Assembly (NCBI GenBank): GCA_017461985.1
Contig: JAFTSA010000004.1
Location: forward strand, 198,053-262,052
DNA length: 64,000 bases
Source of the DNA: Clostridia bacterium
GTDB lineage: Bacteria; Bacillota; Clostridia; Christensenellales; CAG-917
Direction of reading: 5' to 3'
The notes under the pieces are model-generated. The model was not told where the DNA came from. It worked only from the letters and a program-made list of their open reading frames with translations, and searched no databases. The position numbers and the translations under genes were made by a program. Shown piece by piece: positions 1 through 8,747 of this stretch (within the stretch, counting starts at the first letter, position 1; every line of letters begins with the position of its first letter).

Positions 1-57
1 GTATCAATTGATTATTTGGTAGGGTTAGAATAGCGAAAAATGTAGAAAATTGAAAAA

Positions 58-90
58 TTAAAAGGACGGTTTTACCGTCCTTTTTTTTGT
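58..90. terminator. Hairpin GGACGGT/ACCGTCC flanked by an A-run and a T-run; bidirectional intrinsic-terminator shape
   Basis: Inverted repeat at 64-70/74-80 followed by T8 on the + strand; the A-rich 5' flank gives a T-run on the - strand just downstream of the 98..739 (-) gene. Confidence 0.6.
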
Positions 91-97
91 TTTGATT

Positions 98-739
98 TTA
101 CTGGTTGCAAGTGGGGAAGAGCGGCAAGTCAAACACTCCTTGACACACCTCTTGTGAAAATGGTGTGCATTCTGGGATACGGCAATAGCCGTATGAGGGT
201 ATGAGAAGTTCGACGTCTGCTTCTACTTTGAGCACTACGGTTGTGCAGGCTGTGATTGAGAATGTGCTATCGCTTATGTACACGCCATTGGGGCTTGCCA
301 TATTCACTCTCGCTGCAAGTTCAACAGGGAACACGCTTCCTGTGGGGACACACATCACCACGTCTTGTTGATAGGTTATGGTGCCTGTGCCGCTGCCTGC
401 AACGCCGTTTGCATCGGTGTAGTTGATGACTACGGGGATTGAGATTGTGGCTTGAACTCTTGACAATCCTTGTCTGTCAGACAAGGGAGTGACTGTGAGG
501 GCGGTGACCGTGCCTACACTAGTGGTTGATTGACCGCTGACAAAAGTCAAAGGCAGAGCAGGGTCTGCGGGGGTTAGATTTGTCAGTGTGACGGTGGTTG
601 ATTCTAGGGTGGATTGAGTCATGCAAGCATCAAACACTTTTCGTGCTTGAATGCAAACCTTTTCACTCAGTCCATTGATTGGGTTTCCGCTGATATTCCC
701 TGGGCATCTATCAGCGCCATTGTTGTTGCAAAAAGACAT
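98..739 (-). CDS. Hypothetical Thr/Val/Ser-rich protein with Cys clusters at both termini; possibly a spore-surface protein (inference only)
   Basis: 213 aa ORF with AGGAGG 7 nt upstream of the ATG. N-terminus has FCNNNGADRC...KVCIQARKVFDAC; C-terminus has YCRIPEC...VC...TC. No signal peptide or TM segment seen. Confidence 0.6.
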   Translation of the reverse strand: MSFCNNNGADRCPGNISGNPINGLSEKVCIQARKVFDACMTQSTLESTTVTLTNLTPADPALPLTFVSGQSTTSVGTVTALTVTPLSDRQGLSRVQATISIPVVINYTDANGVAGSGTGTITYQQDVVMCVPTGSVFPVELAARVNMASPNGVYISDSTFSITACTTVVLKVEADVELLIPSYGYCRIPECTPFSQEVCQGVFDLPLFPTCNQ

Positions 740-766
740 CTTTTTACCTCCTATTTGTTGTCGCTA

Positions 767-800
767 TACAATATGCAGGCGGTTTGTTTTTGGTGAGAGA
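767..800 (-). promoter_or_regulatory. Mother-cell-type (sigmaK/sigmaE-like) promoter candidate
   Basis: The - strand reads cAC-17 nt-CATATTGTA, matching the Bacillus sigmaK pattern AC-16/17-CATAnnnTA. It sits ~25 nt upstream of the AGGAGG of the 98..739 gene. Confidence 0.3.
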
Positions 801-926
801 AGGGCGAAAAAGAGCCGTTTTGGGGCGGAAAATCTGTTAAAATTTGGTGCAAAAGGTAGAGAAAATTGCATTTTTGCATATAGTTCACAAGTAAACTAAA
901 AAAAAGTTGGAAATTCAGTAAAAAAA

Positions 927-959
927 GTGGTTGACAGTGGTCAATGCGTGTGTTATACT
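927..959 (+). promoter_or_regulatory. Pmra sigmaA promoter (TTGACA-17-TATACT) overlapped by three GTGG/GTGT direct repeats at ~10 bp phasing (MraZ-operator-like)
   Basis: TTGACA at 931-936 and TATACT at 954-959. GTGG at 927-930 and 937-940; GTGT at 948-951. Confidence 0.6.
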
Positions 960-988
960 ATGCTCGAATAAAGAAAGTAGGGTGGTTT

Positions 989-1450
989 ATGCTCGATTTT
1001 ATGCTCGGCAACGTTCGTCATCAACTTGACGAAAAAGATAGAATGAGAATACCTGCCAAGTTCCGTGAGGCACTGGGCGGCACTTCTTATATTCTTCCGG
1101 GCAGAAAAGTGGACGGAAACCATTGTTGCCTTTATATCATCCCTTACGAAAAGTTTGAAAAGGTCCTTGAAAAACTTGACACTGACGAACTTTATGGCGG
1201 AGATGAAAAGATTGATGCAGCCACCACAATCTTGGGTGCAGCAGACAAGCTGACTGAAGATCCTCAAGGTCGTGTAAGACTTTCAAAGGAACTTTGTTCT
1301 TGCGCATCAATTGACAAAGATATGGTCTTCGTAGGCAAGGGAACTTATCTCGAAGTTTGGTCCGCAGAAGTTTGGGACGAAAGATATAGCATCCTCAACA
1401 AGGCAAATCTTGACAAGGTCCTTGATAATCTGAAAAAGCACGGAGTGTAA
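989..1450 (+). CDS. mraZ: Transcriptional regulator MraZ
   Basis: MLGNVRHQLDEKDRMRIPAKFRE plus a second SpoVT/AbrB-like half (DPQGRVRLSKEL); first gene of the dcw cluster. The start is uncertain (989 or 1001); the ORF track begins at 944. Confidence 0.85.
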   Translation: MLDFMLGNVRHQLDEKDRMRIPAKFREALGGTSYILPGRKVDGNHCCLYIIPYEKFEKVLEKLDTDELYGGDEKIDAATTILGAADKLTEDPQGRVRLSKELCSCASIDKDMVFVGKGTYLEVWSAEVWDERYSILNKANLDKVLDNLKKHGV

Positions 1451-1451
1451 A

Positions 1452-2387
1452 ATGGAATTTTCTCACGTTTCCGTATTGCTGGATGAGTGCATCGACGGAC
1501 TAAAAATTAAAGAAGACGGCATATACGTTGACGGAACTCTCGGAGGCGGTGGTCATTCACTTGAAATCGTCAAAAGACTTGGTGAAAAGGGAAGACTCAT
1601 TGCAATCGACCGTGACGCAGATGCATTGATGGCGGCAGGCGAAAGGCTTCACGCACACGCGTCAAAAATAACATACGTGCACGATGACTTCAAAAATTGC
1701 TGTACCGTTCTTGATGAACTTGGCATTGATGAAGTGGACGGCATACTCCTTGACCTTGGTGTCAGCTCATATCAACTTGACAACGCAGAACGCGGATTCA
1801 GTTATATGAAGGACGCACCCCTTGATATGAGAATGGATCAAAGCCAATTTCTCACAGCATTCAACGTGGTCAACGAGTTTACGGTCAGTCAACTGACAAA
1901 GATACTCTATGAGTATGGTGAAGAAAAGTTGGCGCCCCGCATTGCAGAAAGAATTGCCACAGTGAGAGATAAAGAGACAATTTCAACCACACTGCAACTG
2001 GCAAAACTGGTGGAAGGTTGCTATCCTGCAAAAACAAGATGGAAATACGGACACCCTGCAAAAAGAACTTTCCAAGCAATTCGCATTTGTGTCAACAATG
2101 AGCTTACCGGTCTTGGCGACACAGTGACAAATATGGCAAGACGCCTTAAAAAGGGCGGTAGAATGGCGGTTATCACATTCCACTCCCTTGAAGACAGAAT
2201 TGTCAAAACTGCATTTAAAGATATGGCTCTGTCTTGTACGTGCCCACCTGATTTCCCTGTGTGTGTATGTGGCAAGGTGAAAGAAGTGGAGCTGGTCAAC
2301 AAAAAGCCCATTGTAGCATCACAAGAAGAACTCAACAGAAATTCACGTGCAGAAAGTGCAAAACTGCGTATAGTCGAAAGAGTATAG
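1452..2387 (+). CDS. rsmH: 16S rRNA (cytosine1402-N4)-methyltransferase RsmH/MraW
   Basis: HVSVLLDE, DGTLGGGGHS, DLGVSSYQLD and FHSLEDR motifs; position after mraZ. Confidence 0.95.
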   Translation: MEFSHVSVLLDECIDGLKIKEDGIYVDGTLGGGGHSLEIVKRLGEKGRLIAIDRDADALMAAGERLHAHASKITYVHDDFKNCCTVLDELGIDEVDGILLDLGVSSYQLDNAERGFSYMKDAPLDMRMDQSQFLTAFNVVNEFTVSQLTKILYEYGEEKLAPRIAERIATVRDKETISTTLQLAKLVEGCYPAKTRWKYGHPAKRTFQAIRICVNNELTGLGDTVTNMARRLKKGGRMAVITFHSLEDRIVKTAFKDMALSCTCPPDFPVCVCGKVKEVELVNKKPIVASQEELNRNSRAESAKLRIVERV

Positions 2388-2399
2388 AAGGAGAAAATT

Positions 2400-3161
2400 A
2401 TGGCTATCACACTTGATGAATTGCTTGGCATGAACACCAGGACAAGAAACGATGCTGAACCTATGGATCGTTTTCCGTCGTATGATGATTTCACAAGAAG
2501 AAACCGTGCTTATCAAAACGAAGAGCGCGTTTCATACAATGGATACACCCCCGCACCTCAATCAAACGGTGCACGTAGTGTTGAATTCATGAGAGAGTAT
2601 GAAGCCACTCGTCCTTATGCACGTCCTATGCAAAGTGAATATCAAAATGTCGACTATAATTTTGACGCACTTCGCGCACGCAGAGAAGGACAAGCAGTTC
2701 AAACCATTGAAAGACCTGTTTATGCTGAACCTGTCCAAGTTGAAGAAAGTGTGAATACACTTTATGAATACGCACGTCAAGACAAGGAAAGACCTTCTGA
2801 CAGAGAACTCTATGACAGATTGTCTTCAACCGGAGCAGTGGCACGTCCTGTTCAAAAGACTGAAAAAGAAGTTCAAAGAACAAGCGAGTTCACCCACGTC
2901 AAGACAAAGCAAAAGAACGACACCCAAAAGAAAGCACGCCTCACCACAAAGGGCAAGATTCTTCTTGGCGTGTACGTTGCAGTGATCATACTCGTTGCTG
3001 TGTTGATTATTGTCAACGCAGGCGACCTTAATAGCGGTTCCGCCACCACACCTTCCTCCTCCATCTCGGGTGTGGTGTCCGCGGACGCAAACACAAGTAA
3101 TATTGTGGACGTGCCTGAAATAAACTATAACCATGGCGCGTTCAACTTCCACATCAAATAA
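2400..3161 (+). CDS. Hypothetical bitopic membrane protein occupying the ftsL slot of the dcw cluster
   Basis: 253 aa. It has ~185 aa of low-complexity charged N-terminus, one TM segment (ILLGVYVAVIILVAVLIIV) and a short Ser/Thr-rich ectodomain. No recognisable FtsL coiled coil. Confidence 0.55.
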   Translation: MAITLDELLGMNTRTRNDAEPMDRFPSYDDFTRRNRAYQNEERVSYNGYTPAPQSNGARSVEFMREYEATRPYARPMQSEYQNVDYNFDALRARREGQAVQTIERPVYAEPVQVEESVNTLYEYARQDKERPSDRELYDRLSSTGAVARPVQKTEKEVQRTSEFTHVKTKQKNDTQKKARLTTKGKILLGVYVAVIILVAVLIIVNAGDLNSGSATTPSSSISGVVSADANTSNIVDVPEINYNHGAFNFHIK

Positions 3162-4929
3162 AAGTACTCAATCATATCTTCCAAAGAAAAGACTGCTTGC
3201 ATCAATATTGCTGGCAGTTTTTTTGTTTACTTTGATTTTTGCAAAACTCATACACGTTATGCTTGTTGAGGGGAAAAGCCTTCAAGTGAAAGCTCTTGAC
3301 CAATGGACGAGAGATTTGCCAAACGATGCGCCAAGAGGTCAAATTCTCGACCGAAATGGAGTTGTGCTTGCAGGCACTGCCACACGATACAACTTGTACG
3401 TCCGCCCAAACTCCGCAACCGATAAAGAAGGTCTCGCCCAGTGTCTTGCGGAGGTTTTTGGCTATGACAAGGACAAAGTCCTTGAAAAAATATCAAAGAA
3501 AGTTTCTGAGGTGACTGTTGCAACAAAAGTGACCAAGGAGCAAATGTCCGCTTTGTTTGATATGGGTTTTGACGGGCTATATTATTCTGAGGACAACTTC
3601 CGCTATTATCCCTATGGGGATTTTATGACGCAAGTGCTTGGTTTCACTGGTGCAGACGGAAATGGACAAACTGGGCTTGAAGCCTATTATGACAAGTATC
3701 TCACAGGAATAAACGGATATATTTTGACTGAAACCGACCTAGTCGGTAGAGAAATCCAGGGCGGTGAAAACTATTATCTGCCATCTATCAGCGGACTGAA
3801 TTTGACCACTACGTTGGACAGTAGGGTGCAAGAAAGTGTTGAAGGCGCAGTTGAAAAGGCGGTTGCTTTATACAACCCTAAGGCAGTGGCTTGTCTTGTG
3901 ATGGACTACACAAATGGTGAAATTATATCCCTTGCGGAATATCCGTCTTTTGACCTGAACAACGTGCCAAGAGATGACCTTGAAAAATTGTTTTCATCTT
4001 CAAAAAGTATGCTTGTGTCCTCGGTGTATGAGCCGGGGTCAACATTCAAAATTTTGACTGCTGCTGCCGCCCTTGACACTGGTGCTATGAACACTGCAAA
4101 AAGGTTTTATTGCCCGGGATTTCGTATTGTTGACGGCAAAAGGATTCGTTGTTGGAAGACAAAAGGTCACGGCTCAATAGATTTTGGAGAAGGAGTGGAG
4201 AGCAGTTGCAACTGTGTGTTTATGGACAGCGCACTTGCTATGGGCACTGACAAGTTTTACACCTATCTCAAAAATTTTGGATTGCGCGCAAAGACTGGTG
4301 TTGATATGACTGGTGAAACCAGTGGAATATTCATATCCCAAGACCTTGTAAAGACTGTTGACCTTGCCCGCATAGGATTTGGTCAAGCGGTTGCGGTGAC
4401 CCCTATTGGCATGATGACCGCTTGCTCTGCGGTGGTCAATGGCGGAAAGACAGTGACGCCTCATCTTGTAAAAGGATTTGCCGATGAAAAGGGAAACAAG
4501 ATAGATGATGTTTTTGTAATCGAAGAAAAAAATACAGTTGTCAGCGGTGATACCTCGGCTACGATGCGTGAATTGTTGTCACGAGTTGTGTCTCACGGCA
4601 GTGGAAAAGGGGCAGGTGTCAATGGATATAACATTGCAGGGAAGACAGGCACTGCACAAAAGTATGAAAACGGCGGAATTGCACAAGGGAAATATATCTC
4701 GTCTTTTCTTGGCTTTTCACTGGAAGCAGGCGCATCTTACGGGGTGCTGATGATTGTTGATGAGCCCAAGGGATACGTTTACTACGGCTCACTTGTGGCA
4801 GCACCTCTTGTGGGTGACATTTTCCGTAGTGTTTTTGACCTGTTTAGTTTGCCAAAATCCAATGATTTTGACGTTGAAAGCAGTTTCAATCCTGACAACG
4901 TTGAGGACTATATAGATTTGGTTGAATAG
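3133..4929 (+). CDS. Class B penicillin-binding protein (FtsI/SpoVD/PBP2B type transpeptidase)
   Basis: N-terminal TM segment, PBP dimerisation region, and catalytic motifs STFK, SSCN and KTGTA. Confidence 0.9.
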   Translation: MARSTSTSNKSTQSYLPKKRLLASILLAVFLFTLIFAKLIHVMLVEGKSLQVKALDQWTRDLPNDAPRGQILDRNGVVLAGTATRYNLYVRPNSATDKEGLAQCLAEVFGYDKDKVLEKISKKVSEVTVATKVTKEQMSALFDMGFDGLYYSEDNFRYYPYGDFMTQVLGFTGADGNGQTGLEAYYDKYLTGINGYILTETDLVGREIQGGENYYLPSISGLNLTTTLDSRVQESVEGAVEKAVALYNPKAVACLVMDYTNGEIISLAEYPSFDLNNVPRDDLEKLFSSSKSMLVSSVYEPGSTFKILTAAAALDTGAMNTAKRFYCPGFRIVDGKRIRCWKTKGHGSIDFGEGVESSCNCVFMDSALAMGTDKFYTYLKNFGLRAKTGVDMTGETSGIFISQDLVKTVDLARIGFGQAVAVTPIGMMTACSAVVNGGKTVTPHLVKGFADEKGNKIDDVFVIEEKNTVVSGDTSATMRELLSRVVSHGSGKGAGVNGYNIAGKTGTAQKYENGGIAQGKYISSFLGFSLEAGASYGVLMIVDEPKGYVYYGSLVAAPLVGDIFRSVFDLFSLPKSNDFDVESSFNPDNVEDYIDLVE

Positions 4930-5026
4930 TGCAAATATTTTCGGTTGGTGACTAGTTTTGCGGTCCTATTGACCAGCGTAAATACACTTATTAAAATAAG
5001 TGTACAAAACTGGTTGGAGGCAAAAT

Positions 5027-6469
5027 ATGACACTGAAAACTTTACTTGACGGATTAAAGATTTTAAGCACAAACGTAGATGAAAATTTTGAAGTTAAAGA
5101 TATAAAAATCCACTCAAAATCAGTTGATGATGGTGACCTTTTCTTGTGTATGAAAGGTGTCCGCGATGACGGCAACAAACACCTTGACGAAATCAAGAAA
5201 AATTTTGTGGCAATCACTGAAATTCCTCCTCAAAATGCGGATATAAAATACGTTCAAGTTGAAGACGTAAGAGAGGCGTATTCCATTGTTTCTTCAAACT
5301 ATTTTGCACACCCTCTTGATGGTATGAAATTTGTGGCAGTTGTGGGCACAAACGGTAAAACTTCAACCGCCCATTATATCAATTCAATTTTGACAAATTG
5401 CGGATTCAAAACGGGTCTAATTGGCACAGAAGGGCACTATATCTTGGGTGAAAAAGTCGCACACACGTTGACAACCCCCGACCCATACGAAATGAACTCG
5501 TTGCTTTTCAAAATGAGGGCAAAAGGGGTTGAGGTTGTTGTCAGTGAGGTCAGCGCTCACGCCATATATCTCAAAAAAATGTGTGGCATTGTGGCAGACA
5601 TTGCAGTGCTCACCAACGTGACACAAGACCATTTGGACTTTTTCCACACCTTCAAGGACTATGAAAAGACAAAACTATCATATTTTTGTCCTAAATATGT
5701 GAAAAAGGCGGTTGTCAACGTGGATGACAATGCAGGGAAACGACTTGCCTCTATGTTGGACAAAAGTGATATGGACGTCGTCACCTACGGGCTCAACAAT
5801 CCGGCGGACGCATTTGCCATTGACGTGTATGAGGGCATAGACGGAATACGATTTGTTGCAAACCTTTGTGACGATTTGGTGGATATACGCTCATCTTTGT
5901 ATGGAGAATTCAACGTGTACAATCTCCTTGCATCTCTCACCGTATGTGCCGAACTAGGTGTCCACGGAGAGGCCCTTGCAAGAGCGGTGAAGAAAGTGAA
6001 AAACGTCAAGGGTAGATTCAGTGTTTTGCGAGCGGAAAAGGGAACCATAATCATAGATTATGCCCACACTCCTGACGGACTTCAACAACTTTTGTCCACA
6101 GCGCGGACAATCACAAAGTCACGGCTCATCACGGTATTTGGTTGTGGAGGTGAAAGGGATAAAGCAAAACGGGCTCTTATGGGTGAAATTGCCGAAAACT
6201 ACAGCGACTACGTTGTGGTGACAACTGATAATCCCCGAGGTGAAAACGCAGAAAATATCCTTCGTGACATAGAAGTGGGCTTTGCAGGACGAAACTACAA
6301 ATGTATCCTTGACCGCACAGAAGCAATAATTCATGCAATAAGCGAAATGGTTGAGGGTGACACCGTTGTCATTGCAGGCAAGGGCAACGAGGAATATCTT
6401 GAAGTCAAGGGGAAGAGAATCCCATACAGTGATTTTGACGTGGCAAGAAGGTGGGGGCAAGCAAGATGA
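5027..6469 (+). CDS. murE: UDP-N-acetylmuramoyl-L-alanyl-D-glutamate--2,6-diaminopimelate ligase
   Basis: GTNGKTST P-loop and DNPR motif (meso-DAP type). GGAGG lies 6 nt upstream of the ATG at 5027. Confidence 0.9.
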   Translation: MTLKTLLDGLKILSTNVDENFEVKDIKIHSKSVDDGDLFLCMKGVRDDGNKHLDEIKKNFVAITEIPPQNADIKYVQVEDVREAYSIVSSNYFAHPLDGMKFVAVVGTNGKTSTAHYINSILTNCGFKTGLIGTEGHYILGEKVAHTLTTPDPYEMNSLLFKMRAKGVEVVVSEVSAHAIYLKKMCGIVADIAVLTNVTQDHLDFFHTFKDYEKTKLSYFCPKYVKKAVVNVDDNAGKRLASMLDKSDMDVVTYGLNNPADAFAIDVYEGIDGIRFVANLCDDLVDIRSSLYGEFNVYNLLASLTVCAELGVHGEALARAVKKVKNVKGRFSVLRAEKGTIIIDYAHTPDGLQQLLSTARTITKSRLITVFGCGGERDKAKRALMGEIAENYSDYVVVTTDNPRGENAENILRDIEVGFAGRNYKCILDRTEAIIHAISEMVEGDTVVIAGKGNEEYLEVKGKRIPYSDFDVARRWGQAR

Positions 6470-7461
6470 CTCCCTCACTGAAACTTGCTTTGTATTTCAT
6501 CGGTGCTTTTGTGGTGGCGGTTGCCGTTGCGCCCCTCATCATAAAAGGGCTGAAACGACTGAAAACAGGGCAAAACATCCTTGAATACGTGGTACAACAC
6601 GAGGCAAAAGCGGGCACGCCCACTATGGGGGGAATAATATTTATTATTCCATTTGTCATAGTGTGCCTCATAGAATTCACTGCATTTTCACTTGTTGCAA
6701 TGAGTTTGACCATAGGCTTTGGGCTTGTGGGATTTCTTGATGATTTCATCAAGGTGAAACTTGGCAGGAATTTAGGGCTCAAAGCATATCAAAAAATCAT
6801 TGCTCAATTAGGGCTCAGTGCCATTGCGGCATACTTTGTTTTTGCATCAGGATATATAGGCACAAGGGTGAATATTCCATATTATGGTGAGATTGATTTC
6901 AAGTGGGGGATAATACCTTTTGTCATAATTGTGTATATTGCAACCACAAATTCAGTCAACTTGACGGACGGTCTTGACGGCCTTGCAGGTATGACCTCCG
7001 TGGGCTATTTTATAGTGTTTTCAATCATACTAACCATAGAGTTTTTTGAGGTGGAAAACACCGACGTAGAATACTCAAAACAGTTGTTTTCATTGTCTGC
7101 CATATCAGTGACAATGGTGGGTGGACTTTTAGGATATTTGGTGTTCAATTCCTCGCCCGCAAAAGTGTTTATGGGTGACACTGGCTCACTCGCCCTCGGA
7201 GCAACTGTTGCAAGCGTTGCGGTTATGAGCAAAAATCCTCTCTTTATTGTATCATCAGGCATAATGTTTGTGTGGTCAAGCATATCAGTTATTATACAAG
7301 TGCTTCACTATAAACTGACAAAGAAGAGAGTGTTTTTGATGTCACCGTTTCACCATCATCTAGAAATGAAAGGTATGAGCGAAACTCGCATTGGCATCGT
7401 CTATTTTGCCCTCACTTTGATTGGCGGAGTGGTGAGCCTTGTGCTTGCGAGGGGAATATGA
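6466..7461 (+). CDS. mraY: Phospho-N-acetylmuramoyl-pentapeptide transferase
   Basis: Polytopic membrane protein with NLTDGLDGLA and MGDTGSLALG motifs. ATGA overlap with the murE stop. Confidence 0.95.
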   Translation: MTPSLKLALYFIGAFVVAVAVAPLIIKGLKRLKTGQNILEYVVQHEAKAGTPTMGGIIFIIPFVIVCLIEFTAFSLVAMSLTIGFGLVGFLDDFIKVKLGRNLGLKAYQKIIAQLGLSAIAAYFVFASGYIGTRVNIPYYGEIDFKWGIIPFVIIVYIATTNSVNLTDGLDGLAGMTSVGYFIVFSIILTIEFFEVENTDVEYSKQLFSLSAISVTMVGGLLGYLVFNSSPAKVFMGDTGSLALGATVASVAVMSKNPLFIVSSGIMFVWSSISVIIQVLHYKLTKKRVFLMSPFHHHLEMKGMSETRIGIVYFALTLIGGVVSLVLARGI

Positions 7462-8747
7462 ACGTTCAAGGCAAAAACGTGGTGATTTATGGCGGTGGGA
7501 TAAGCGGACTTTCTGCATATCAACTTGTAAAGGAAAAGGGCGGAAGAGTGATGATATACGACGACTTCGACCGCCCTCATACAACGTCATCGGCAGGGGT
7601 ATTTGCTCGTGCCGATTTGATTGTGTTAAGCCCCGGAATTGAAAGTGGAAACCCCTATGTTTTAGATGCGCGACTTGAAGGAAAGACTGTCGTCAGTGAA
7701 ATAGAGTTGGCATCATCTTTTTGTGTAGGAGAGCAAATTGCCGTCACTGGCACAAATGGAAAGACCACAACTGTCACCCTCATAGATCACATTTTGAAGT
7801 GTGCACACGTCAGTTCAAGGGCTGTGGGCAATATCGGCGTGGCATTTTCGTCAATCGCTGACAAACTTGACGCTCTTGACACTGCTGTCATTGAAGTTTC
7901 AAGTTTTCAACTTGAAAGTGTAAGAACTTTTTCCCCCGACTATGCAGTGCTTTTGAATATAACTCCCGATCACCTAGATAGACATCAAACTTTTGAAAGA
8001 TACGTCAGTGCAAAATCAAACATCTTTATGCACCAATGTGAGTGTGATGTGGTTGTCTACAACGATGATGACAAAGTCATCAAGGGCCTAGTGCCATATA
8101 TGAAAGGGGAGAAAATCCCTTTCAGTGCAACACACCCAGTGGACGGAGCATATTTGTCATCGGGTTTTGTTTGCTACAAAGGCATGATTGTTGTCGAGCT
8201 TGCCGACCTTGACGTAAAAGGCGCAGAAATTGAAAACGTGCTCGCAGCTGTGGCGGTCACCATGAGGAAAGGCATCAGTAAATACACAGTGGCGACAGCA
8301 CTTTGTTCATATAAACGTCCTCAATATAGACGGCAAAAAGTCGCAGAAATAAATGGTATTTCTGTATCCAACGACAGCAAAGCAACCAACGTTGCTTCAA
8401 CTTTGTCTGCGGTCAATGCTATGGACGGAGGCACGATTTTACTGGTTGGCGGTGCAAAGGGAAGTGAAGACTTTGACCAACTATTCTGCGGGTTGCCAAA
8501 AAAGGTGATTGCGGTTGTCGCCTATGGTGAAAACAAAAAAGAAGTGTCTTTGTCGGCTGAAAAATATGGCTTTTCGATAATAATAGCGGACAATCTTGAA
8601 GATGCTGTTTTGAAGGGCATGACTATTGCGGTTGAACATGGCGCAAACAATCTGCTATTTTCTCCTGCAAGCAAAAGCTTTGATAGTTTCAAAAACTATG
8701 AAGAGCGTGGAAAATTTTTTGACAAAGTGATTGCCAGACTAAAATGA
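7458..8747 (+). CDS. murD: UDP-N-acetylmuramoylalanine--D-glutamate ligase
   Basis: N-terminal GGGISG Rossmann motif and GTNGKTTT P-loop; dcw position. Confidence 0.9.
   Translation: MNVQGKNVVIYGGGISGLSAYQLVKEKGGRVMIYDDFDRPHTTSSAGVFARADLIVLSPGIESGNPYVLDARLEGKTVVSEIELASSFCVGEQIAVTGTNGKTTTVTLIDHILKCAHVSSRAVGNIGVAFSSIADKLDALDTAVIEVSSFQLESVRTFSPDYAVLLNITPDHLDRHQTFERYVSAKSNIFMHQCECDVVVYNDDDKVIKGLVPYMKGEKIPFSATHPVDGAYLSSGFVCYKGMIVVELADLDVKGAEIENVLAAVAVTMRKGISKYTVATALCSYKRPQYRRQKVAEINGISVSNDSKATNVASTLSAVNAMDGGTILLVGGAKGSEDFDQLFCGLPKKVIAVVAYGENKKEVSLSAEKYGFSIIIADNLEDAVLKGMTIAVEHGANNLLFSPASKSFDSFKNYEERGKFFDKVIARLK

Noticed and set aside
614-899. The + strand ORFs 614..796 and 651..899 upstream of mraZ.
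   Set aside because: They overlap the 5' end and promoter region of the 98..739(-) gene, and have no SD and no recognisable sequence features.
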